Positions 10,440 through 16,904 are shown, counted from the first letter of the stretch. The stretch: 64,000 nt of DNA from an uncultured virus (IMG/VR IMGVR_UViG_3300049259_000212) (IMGVR_UViG_3300049259_000212), one strand, 5' to 3'. Notes: a model not told the origin generated them from the sequence alone. Program-made: numbers and translations.

Positions 10440-10786
10440 TGGCGAAGCTCGTCCCTGATCTCGGAGCGCGTTTCGTTCGCCATGAAGTTCGCAAGGACGG
10501 CACGTACATCGTGCGTGTCGATACGCTGGGCGAGGCGGACGGCGTGCTGTTCTTGTGCCCGAAGTGCTTTGCCGTAAATGCAGGACATGCAGGCACGCAC
10601 AGCGTGATCTGTTGGTTCGTCGGCAAGGTCACCGACGATGTCGAGCCCAAGCCGGGACGTTGGACGCCGACGGGAACAGGCCTCGCGGATCTGACGTTCG
10701 TACCTGGCTCGGGGCGCACCGAGTCTGTGCTGTTGACGAGCGGTTGTGACTGGCACGGCTTCGTCAGGAATGGCGACGCGACGTAG
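10439..10786 (+). CDS. DUF6527-like protein
   Basis: GVLFLCPKC...H...W...G....DLT....SV....GC.WHGFVRNG. Confidence 0.6.
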   Translation: MAKLVPDLGARFVRHEVRKDGTYIVRVDTLGEADGVLFLCPKCFAVNAGHAGTHSVICWFVGKVTDDVEPKPGRWTPTGTGLADLTFVPGSGRTESVLLTSGCDWHGFVRNGDAT

Positions 10787-10830
10787 TTGACGCGTTGTCT
10801 TCCTGAACTACCCGGCGGTCATTGTTGGGG

Positions 10831-10903
10831 TGAGCACGGTGGGGATCGAACCCACGGCCGAAAGTTTCATCACACTTCCGCTCTGCCACTGAGCTACGCG
10901 CCC
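10831..10903 (-). tRNA. irregular tRNA-like RNA, 8-nt anticodon loop GTGATGAA
   Basis: GGGCGCG/CGTGCTC acceptor; GCTC-AGTGGCA-GAGC; GAAGT/ACTTT stem; GTGGG-TTCGATC-CCCAC. Confidence 0.75.
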
Positions 10904-10909
10904 CGAGTT

Positions 10910-10968
10910 GTGCTTCGTCACGTCTGAGGTGACGACAAGGCAGTCGGTTCCGAGTCGACTGCAAGCAC
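10910..10968 (-). ncRNA. three-way-junction structured element
   Basis: GTGCT/AGCAC closing stem enclosing GCAGTCG/CGACTGC and TCGTCAC/GTGACGA hairpins. Confidence 0.5.
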
Positions 10969-10970
10969 GG

Positions 10971-11044
10971 CGAACTCCACGGGGATCGAACCCGCCGTCC
11001 CGAGGTCATCAAGCCTCGGTGCTGCGGCCGGCAGCTCGGAGTCC
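10971..11044 (-). tRNA. irregular tRNA-like RNA, 6-bp anticodon stem and 8-nt loop CTTGATGA
   Basis: GGACTCC/GGAGTTC acceptor; GCTG/CAGC D stem; CCGAGG/CCTCGG; GCGGG-TTCGATC-CCCGT. Confidence 0.65.
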
Positions 11045-11051
11045 AGAAGTT

Positions 11052-11447
11052 TCACGATAGCTCTCCGCGCACGAGCGCTTCAACATCCCAGCCTCGCGCA
11101 ATCATCCTCTCATCGATCTTTTTGTGCGGCCATGTGCGTTCCTTGCGCTTCGCGATCACCCACGCGAGCGAGCCGTAGAAAGGGTCGCGCTGCCAGAGTC
11201 GATAGAGCGCCTCGATCTCGGACAACTTGATTGGTTCGCAGTCCGCGTACGGGCCGAAGCAGTCGTTGCAGTTGATGAGGATGACGACTCCTTCACGCGC
11301 TTCCGCGGGCCATTCTTTCTCCGACCAGTGCGTGTTCAAGAACACGACAGTGTTGAGCAGGAGGTGCGCGAGCAGCCACTCGGGCTCGCGGATCGAAAAC
11401 GATGTTTCGATGTGCGCGGGCGTGATCGTGTTGTCGATGTCGCTCAT
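11052..11447 (-). CDS. hypothetical protein
   Basis: ORF from MSDIDN lying between tRNA-like genes; NCNDCF..ADCE motif. Confidence 0.65.
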   Translation of the reverse strand: MSDIDNTITPAHIETSFSIREPEWLLAHLLLNTVVFLNTHWSEKEWPAEAREGVVILINCNDCFGPYADCEPIKLSEIEALYRLWQRDPFYGSLAWVIAKRKERTWPHKKIDERMIARGWDVEALVRGELS

Positions 11448-11454
11448 GAGTGCG

Positions 11455-11530
11455 TGCGGGGAAATGGATTCGAACCACTGACGGCCGGCCGTGTGAGGTA
11501 CCGGCTGCTCTACCACTGAGCTATCCCCGC
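11455..11530 (-). tRNA. irregular tRNA with extended anticodon arm (possibly Val-CAC)
   Basis: GCGGGGA/TCCCCGC acceptor, A73; GCCGG/CCGGC stem encloses 12 nt TACCTCACACGG containing a CTCACAC loop; canonical D and T arms. Confidence 0.75.
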
Positions 11531-11532
11531 GG

Positions 11533-11602
11533 AGCCTTCGGATGGAATTGAACCACCGTCTCCCAGTTAGAACTGGGTGATCTGACGTTGATCTACGAAG
11601 GC
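11533..11602 (-). tRNA. irregular tRNA-like RNA, 6-nt loop TTCTAA (CTA or TCT reading)
   Basis: GCCTTCG/CGAAGGC acceptor; GATC-AACGTCA-GATC D arm lacking GG; CCCAG/CTGGG; GGTGG-TTCAATT-CCATC. Confidence 0.7.
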
Positions 11603-11603
11603 A

Positions 11604-11667
11604 TGGCGGAGGCGCCACCTCCGACGAACAGATCGCTCTGTGCGCCGGTTGATCCGGTGCCGCCTCC
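11604..11667 (-). ncRNA. 64-nt CCA-ended non-canonical cloverleaf
   Basis: GGAGGCG/CGCCTCC stem followed by G-CCA; internal hairpins GCACCGG/CCGGCGC and ACAGA-GCGA-TCTGT; no T loop. Confidence 0.5.
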
Positions 11668-11674
11668 ATAAACG

Positions 11675-11965
11675 TTAGCGAACGAGGCGCAAGCTGGACA
11701 CCGCCTTTCTGATCGATGCGCGATCGAGCGTCGGCGCGATGCCGATCGAGGTCGCTTGTCCATCGAAGGGACCCGCATTCTCGGTGATCAGGACGTGCGG
11801 AATCTTGAGCGCTGTGAGTCGGGCTGCGATCTCGAGCAGCGCTTGTTCCGTCGGAACGCCGAGCACGACAGCGATGGATCCCGACGGAGCGGGACCGCTT
11901 TCACCGGCGGCATGAGCGACGTGGGCCGCGAGCACGCCGAGGGGCATGTCTTCACGAACGATCAC
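11675..11965 (-). CDS. Pth2-like peptidyl-tRNA hydrolase (start uncertain)
   Basis: (HY)VIVREDMPLGVLAAHVAHAA...VVL.V..E..L...E......T.IGI.P. Confidence 0.8.
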   Translation of the reverse strand: MIVREDMPLGVLAAHVAHAAGESGPAPSGSIAVVLGVPTEQALLEIAARLTALKIPHVLITENAGPFDGQATSIGIAPTLDRASIRKAVSSLRLVR

Positions 11966-12094
11966 GTAATGGGTCTTGGGATCGTTGCTCGACGAGGAAC
12001 TCGGAGCAGTGGAAACATCAGAAAATGCGGAGAACTCACGAAGGAGCTCTCGGTCAATGGCTCGACATGGGGTTCATCCTGAGGCGTCATCGGT

Positions 12095-12469
12095 ACGATG
12101 TCAAGCCTGATACGATCGCGAGGTGAAGCGTCGCCTCTCGCAGAAGATATGCCGTGCGCTGTATGACCGCCATGAGTGGTCTCGATACAGCGCTGTTCAG
12201 ATTCGGCGTGCCGAAGCGATGGACTGGCGCCGGTATTGTCGAGGCGTCGCGAAGCAAAACCACCCGCGCGTCGCACCGCGCGGGTGAAAGAACCAGCCTG
12301 TGCGGGCTCACCAGCTCGTATCCGATCGTCACCGGACGTAGCTGGACGTCGAAGCATGCCTTTCGGCAGAGGCCCGACGGGTGTGTTGCAAGGACTCTCT
12401 CAGGTCGAACAACGCGACGCAAGCCGCTTCGCAAGACCCTTGCGCGTGAGGGGCATCCGTTCACATCGT
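12095..12469 (-). ncRNA. candidate ~375-nt multi-domain structured RNA
   Basis: closing ACGATGT/ACATCGT; long-range GCGTCGCG/CGCGACGC; nested CGGGCCTC/GAGCCCG; hairpins TGCC-GAAA-GGCA, CACCCGCGCG/CGCGCGGGTG, GCGCTGTAT/ATACAGCGC; no convincing ORF. Confidence 0.55.
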
Positions 12470-12874
12470 CGCTGCCGTAGCAGCGCGCGAACCTTCATCA
12501 GGTTGTCGCGACTGTACACCCACAAGCGCAGCTCGAGGAGACATCCTGCGGAGATATGCGTGTTCTAGCCGCGAGGCTTCGAACGCTTCAATCGCTTCAA
12601 TCGCGTGGAGTAACTTCGTGCTGATATACATCGCGGCGTTTTCGCAGCAATACGCGTAGTCCTCGTGTCCTGGACCGAAGGCGTTGCTGGCGGGTGATCC
12701 TTCCATGAGGCCGTAGTACGGCAAGCCGATCTCGATCGGTGCTGCGATCAACGGGTGACCGAACTCGTGCGATGGCCACTACGCGATCGAGGCGTCATAG
12801 GCTGGATGCCGCGAAATTGCTGGAACGAAGTGATCGACCAACGTGCGTAGATCGTCGTTCGTTAGCTTAAACAT
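12461..12874 (-). pseudogene. HExxH zinc-metalloprotease-like ORF interrupted by an in-frame TAG (pseudogene or readthrough)
   Basis: ATG at 12874 reads MFKLTNDDLR...ASIA*WPSHEFGHPLIAAP..., in frame with ORF 12461..12751; TAG at 12781-12779. Confidence 0.6.
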
Positions 12875-12904
12875 GTGGATGCGGGGAGAGTCGCACCCGC
12901 GTCC
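12874..12904 (-). repeat. degenerate second copy of the tmRNA 3' end
   Basis: GGACGCGGGTGCGACTCTCCCCGCATCCACA matches 12968-12938 at 24/31 positions. Confidence 0.6.
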
Positions 12905-12939
12905 GTCTCGATCGTCAACTGATCGAGCAAGTATTTTTG

Positions 12940-13296
12940 TGGAGGCGAGGGGAGTTGCACCCCTATCCGGAAATACATCCGAACGAACGTCTACGCGTGT
13001 AGGTCGCTCTTTAGGGTCTCGAACTCGTCGGTAACGACCGACCTACGAGTTCAACAAGCTAACGCATCTCGATCTTCATCTGTCAGCAGGTCCGAAGATC
13101 CAGCCCGATTGTGTCGGTGCTTCGTAGCTACAGGCGGAAGCTACGAGCACCGTCGTCGCGCCTTTTCAGGCTGCGGCGAGAGCAACAGAAACGGTATTAT
13201 CGTTCGCAGTTGCAGGGTTGCCCATTTTTACGTGGCCCTGGGCGCCACGACGCGCGATTCGAACATCAGCGTCCCCGTCGAAACTGGTACGCCCCC
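12940..13296 (-). ncRNA. ssrA: tmRNA, tag peptide ANDNTVSVALAAA
   Basis: 5' GGGGGCG..TTTCGAC; 3' CGCCTCCA with G3-U70 pair; tag reading frame at 13207-13166 ending TGA. Confidence 0.96.
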
Positions 13297-13317
13297 GAGT
13301 TGTCACAGAACGACAGC

Positions 13318-13347
13318 ACTATGCTGTCACTTCGCAGGCGCCGTCAA
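13318..13347 (-). promoter_or_regulatory. sigma70-like promoter for the tmRNA operon
   Basis: TTGACG-N18-CATAGT about 21 nt upstream of the tmRNA 5' end. Confidence 0.55.
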
Positions 13348-13364
13348 GGTGTACATTTGGTTGT

Positions 13365-13610
13365 ATGAGCCCCGAACTGGCCGCGCACCTTGTCAGTCCG
13401 ATGATCGAAAAGCATCCGATCCCATGGCGTTGGGAGGAGGATTGGACAATTGAGATCTATGACGCGAAAGGCATCTTGGTTACAAAGCTCATGAACCTGG
13501 CGCAGGCGGAGGAGCTGATCGCGTTCGCAACTGAGCTAGCTGAAAGCGAAGCTGTCGGAGCCGCTGAGGCGAAGAAACTGCTCGCGGAAGTAGGGATCAA
13601 TCTAGATTGA
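13365..13610 (+). CDS. hypothetical protein
   Basis: MSPELAAHL...HPIPWRW..; TACATT 7 nt upstream of ATG. Confidence 0.55.
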   Translation: MSPELAAHLVSPMIEKHPIPWRWEEDWTIEIYDAKGILVTKLMNLAQAEELIAFATELAESEAVGAAEAKKLLAEVGINLD

Positions 13611-13613
13611 AAC

Positions 13614-13642
13614 TTGACGCTCGCCTACGTGTCACGTAGGGT
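13614..13642 (+). promoter_or_regulatory. sigma70-like promoter for the tRNA-Met/Ser/release factor unit
   Basis: TTGACG-N17-TAGGGT, 6 nt before tRNA-Met. Confidence 0.6.
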
Positions 13643-13648
13643 CATTTT

Positions 13649-13725
13649 TGCGGAGTGGAGCAGTTGGTAGCTCGGGAGGCTCATAACCTTCAGGTCGCTG
13701 GTTCGAATCCAGCCTCTCGCAACCA
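13649..13725 (+). tRNA. tRNA-Met(CAT), initiator-like
   Basis: TGCGGAG-TG-GAGC-AGTTGGTA-GCTC; loop CTCATAA; CCA encoded; one extra base in the acceptor 3' strand and only two terminal G-C pairs in the anticodon stem. Confidence 0.88.
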
Positions 13726-13806
13726 CGTGTTCAAGTGACGTCCTTCCTCTCATCACGCTCGTCTAGTTCGAGTCGCCTTTAGCGACTCCTAGATACGTTG
13801 CATGTT

Positions 13807-13893
13807 GGCAGGACAGGTCAGTCTGGTGACGACGGCGCTCTCGAAAAGCGTTTGCCCCTAAAACGGGGTGGGGTTCGATTCCTAGTCCTGCCG
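13807..13893 (+). tRNA. tRNA-Ser(CGA), 8/4-type
   Basis: 8-bp acceptor GGCAGGAC/GTCCTGCC; loop CTCGAAA; long variable arm; G73. Confidence 0.8.
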
Positions 13894-13898
13894 CGAAT

Positions 13899-13983
13899 GG
13901 AAAGTGAGTCCGTGCGGGTGCAGGAAGCCGTTTGCTAAACGGTGTGCCGTGAAAGCGGCCGGGTTCGAGTCCCCCATTTTCCG
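13899..13983 (+). tRNA. tRNA-Ser(GCT), 8/4-type
   Basis: 8-bp acceptor GGAAAGTG/CATTTTCC; loop TTGCTAA; variable arm GCCG/CGGC; short T stem; G73. Confidence 0.8.
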
Positions 13984-13997
13984 CGGAGGAAATGAAC

Positions 13998-14676
13998 ATG
14001 CAGTCATTTGAATCAGTCATCGTCGAGATCCGTGCTGCCGAAGGCGGCACCGATGCAAAGCTGCTCGTGCTCGAGCAGGTGAAGATCTACACGCGTCTCT
14101 GCGCCCGGAGGGCTCTTTGACGTCGCGATCGTAGAAGAGCGTCCTGGAATCGCCGTGCTTCGTGTGAACGGCCGCGGCGGACCCGCGCTGTTCGCTGGAG
14201 AAGCGGGTGGGCATCGGTGGCAACGCGTGCCGGAGACAGAGAAGAGAGGCCGCGTGCAGACGAGTACGATCACAGTCGCGGTCTTGGAAGAGTTGCGTCG
14301 CTCCGAAACCGTCATTCGGCCGGAGGATGTCGACATCGAAACGATGAGAGGGTCCGGCGCGGGCGGGCAGCATCGCAATAAGACGGACTCGGCAGTTCGC
14401 GCACGTCACCGTCCCACAGGGATCGAGGTTCGTTGCGAATCAGAACGATCGCAGCACTTGAACCGCGAGCTCGCGATGGAAGTCCTTGCTGCACGGGTCG
14501 CGGAGCGGGAACGCACCGCAGTGAATGGAGCGAGAGCTGATGATCGTCGTCGTCAACTGGGGACGGGCCAACGCGGCGACAAAAGACGCACCATACGTGT
14601 CCAGGATGACCAAGTGAACGATCACGTGGATGGTCGGAGCTGGCGTTACAAAGCGTACTCGCGAGGCGACTGGTAA
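13998..14676 (+). CDS. truncated RF1-type peptide chain release factor, +1 programmed frameshift (join 13998..14117,14119..14676; ~225 aa)
   Basis: GGAGGA RBS; frame 0 VEIRAAEGG.DA; shift site GGAGG-GCT-CTT-TGA-C; +1 frame HRWQRVPETE.RGRVQTS, GSGAGGQHRNKTDSAVR, ERSQH.N. Confidence 0.9.
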
Positions 14677-14677
14677 A

Positions 14678-15007
14678 TTAGATCTTCCAGTCCCGCGCTT
14701 TCCAATCCTGCACGACGCCACGTGTGAACATGAGTAGCTCTGGGTGCGTCGGATTGCTCCATACGTCTTCACCGACATCTACCGTGCGCAGCTTCGACTT
14801 GAAGGCGCCCGGCACTCTTTCGGCGAATTTTGGCTGCATCACGATGATGTAAGTCGCCCAGTCGAACAGCATTGCACGGTGCTCCTCTGATCCCAAGTAC
14901 GCGCTGGCCGCTATCGCGTCGACGCCGGCTTCGCGTAGCGCCAACACCATCGCGCCAGATCGGCAAATCCCCATGTGGCAGACAGCAACGAACCGCGGCG
15001 AATTCAT
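14678..15007 (-). CDS. low-molecular-weight phosphatase-like protein
   Basis: P-loop VCHMGICRS; DWATYIIVM. Confidence 0.75.
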   Translation of the reverse strand: MNSPRFVAVCHMGICRSGAMVLALREAGVDAIAASAYLGSEEHRAMLFDWATYIIVMQPKFAERVPGAFKSKLRTVDVGEDVWSNPTHPELLMFTRGVVQDWKARDWKI

Positions 15008-15375
15008 GCAATTCGCTTGTGGAGATCGCGGATGAGTACGCCGTCAATCCGTACGGACTCCTGTGCCTCGTGCTTCAACGCGGTCTCAAGCAGATCGAAC
15101 AGCAGATCCGTCGCGTTGGCATCGTCGGTCCAATCGCCGACATGCCGTCGCGTGAGAACCGTGATCGGTTCTCGGGTGTCGCGATCGAGGACGTGAAGAT
15201 CAACACCCATCTCGATACGATCGGGAGGTCGTTCACCGACACGCACGATCACATCTACGCGGAAGGGAAATGTCAGCGTGACGCGTGAAGCGAACGCTGA
15301 CCACGCTGCAAGCTCCTGGTCGAGAGTCACTTCACCGCTTGCATCTTCGCCAAGATGTCCTGGATCCCGTTCCAA
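15004..15375 (-). CDS. hypothetical phage protein
   Basis: C-terminal HEAQESVRIDG..I.D.H; overlaps both neighbours. Confidence 0.55.
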   Translation of the reverse strand: MERDPGHLGEDASGEVTLDQELAAWSAFASRVTLTFPFRVDVIVRVGERPPDRIEMGVDLHVLDRDTREPITVLTRRHVGDWTDDANATDLLFDLLETALKHEAQESVRIDGVLIRDLHKRIA

Positions 15376-15980
15376 TAGCTCTGGATGTGCTTTTGCTGCG
15401 CCTCGGGGTGCAGCAAGCTCACCGCACTGTCGACTGCAAAGGACACATTCGACACGAAATTGCAGGTCGCGCCGTAGTGCGTGAGGTTATTTGCTTCACG
15501 CCAGTCCTTCCAGAAGTACGCGAACGTGTTCGTGACAAAGAAGCGACGGTGCGTCGGATCTTGGAAGCCGCGATCCGAGTGCGCAGCGGGCACGATGATC
15601 TCAAACCAGCCTCCAGGAGCGAGCACGCGATGGGCTTCGTTCATGAGCTTGAACAAGAGATCCGTACCTTCACCAAACGGTACTTGGTTTCCGTCGTCGT
15701 CAACCTCGATCATGGGAACGTGCTCAAGGAAGTGCGACGCGCGAAGCTCTGCGAGGGAGGAGTCAGCCCACGGCCATGGGAACTTGAAGAGGTTGACCAC
15801 GTGGGTCACTTTCGCGCCTGCAAAACGATCCACTCCCTCGTAACCCGCAGCCGGTGAATCGCCACATCCGAGATCGAGCTTGAGCGTGGGAGTGGGTAGC
15901 GCAATCGTGATGGGAGCTTCGGCCATCTGGGCTGAGGGCTTGGAACGAGGTGCGCGCTTCGACTTGGACTTGGCTGCCAT
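15327..15980 (-). CDS. class I SAM-dependent methyltransferase
   Basis: LDLGCG, ASHFLEH, EAHRVLAPGG, DPTH. Confidence 0.9.
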   Translation of the reverse strand: MAAKSKSKRAPRSKPSAQMAEAPITIALPTPTLKLDLGCGDSPAAGYEGVDRFAGAKVTHVVNLFKFPWPWADSSLAELRASHFLEHVPMIEVDDDGNQVPFGEGTDLLFKLMNEAHRVLAPGGWFEIIVPAAHSDRGFQDPTHRRFFVTNTFAYFWKDWREANNLTHYGATCNFVSNVSFAVDSAVSLLHPEAQQKHIQSYWNGIQDILAKMQAVK

Positions 15981-16016
15981 GATCGAAAGGATGCTATTCG
16001 AGGGCTGATCGGATTG

Positions 16017-16904
16017 CTAGGGACACCGCGGAGAGGAGAGATCTCCAAACTCCTTCTCCAGCATGTCGCGCAGGGGCTGTCTCCAGGAACGAGGCGCGAA
16101 ACCAAGGCTGCGGATTCGTGTGGTATCCAGGACCGAATAAGTCGGTCGATGCGCGGGACGCGGATACTCAGCTGTCGTGATTGCCTCGATCTCTTCGCAC
16201 ATGACCGGCCCAATCTCGCGCAACGCTTCGACGATCGCACAGGCGAATGAATGCCAGGTCGTCTCCCCGTCGTTGCAGTAGTGGTACATCGATTGGAGGT
16301 GCGTTCGTTCCGCGAGAGACAGAAGCATGTCCGCCAGATCGCCTGCATAGGTGGGACATCCGTGCTGATCCGCGACGATGAGCAACGATGAACGTTCGCG
16401 TGCGAGCCTCGCAATCGTATGCACGAAGCTGGGACCTTTCTCGCCGAATAGCCAAGAGGTGCGAATTACGGTTCCTCCGGCAGCCTGCACCAAGCTCTCC
16501 CCAGCCGCTTTACTCTCGGCGTAGATACCGCACGGACTGATCGGATCTTCCTCGGTGTGCGGGCGCGTAGCGGTGCCGGAAAAGACGTAGTCGGTAGATA
16601 CGTGGAGTAGGCGGATCCCTCGAGCGTGACAAGCGAGAGCCAGAAGACCTGTTCCGTCGCGATTCACGGCGAAGGCCCGCTCGCGATCGTGCTCGGCCTT
16701 GTCGACGGCTGTGTACGCAGCCGTGTTGATCACGACGTCTGGCGCGGCGGTATCAAGCACCTTTACGATCTGAGCGTTGTCTCGAATGTCGAACTCTTGC
16801 GAGGTAAGGGCAACAGCATGCAGCTCGCGCGAGACGCTTCGCGCGTGCAGACTTCGACCGAGTTGACCCCCGGCTCCGGTGATTAGAACCTTCATTGGCC
16901 GCAC
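16017..16904 (-). CDS. rmlD: dTDP-4-dehydrorhamnose reductase
   Basis: ITGAGGQLG, AAYTAVDKAE, STDYVF, Y..SK..GE, DQ.G.PT. Confidence 0.96.
   Translation of the reverse strand: MRPMKVLITGAGGQLGRSLHARSVSRELHAVALTSQEFDIRDNAQIVKVLDTAAPDVVINTAAYTAVDKAEHDRERAFAVNRDGTGLLALACHARGIRLLHVSTDYVFSGTATRPHTEEDPISPCGIYAESKAAGESLVQAAGGTVIRTSWLFGEKGPSFVHTIARLARERSSLLIVADQHGCPTYAGDLADMLLSLAERTHLQSMYHYCNDGETTWHSFACAIVEALREIGPVMCEEIEAITTAEYPRPAHRPTYSVLDTTRIRSLGFAPRSWRQPLRDMLEKEFGDLSSPRCP

Noticed and set aside
10787..10818. Additional minus-strand tRNA
   Set aside because: Only a 5'-half-like CGCCGGG-TA-GTTC segment; no T arm or matching acceptor strand.
12095..12469. RNase P RNA or group I intron
   Set aside because: Only a loose P4-like pairing; no GAGGAAAGUCC or other RNase P conserved regions, and group I P/Q/R/S elements are not in order.
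13166..13207. Firm host assignment from the tmRNA tag
   Set aside because: ANDN…ALAA tags are compatible with myxobacteria or proteobacteria but too widespread to be diagnostic.
13760..13797. Ochre-suppressor-like hairpin GAGTCGC-CTTTA-GCGACTC
   Set aside because: An isolated hairpin with no D arm, T arm or acceptor stem.
14155..14676. Calling the release factor prfH, arfB or prfA as the 173-aa ORF
   Set aside because: It has an RF1-like PxT domain 2, so it is not ArfB or typical PrfH; it lacks domain 1; and the true start is upstream via the frameshift.
1..15007. rtcB, rtcA or smpB genes expected alongside Ro and tmRNA
   Set aside because: No ORF with their motifs is in the window; they may lie outside it.
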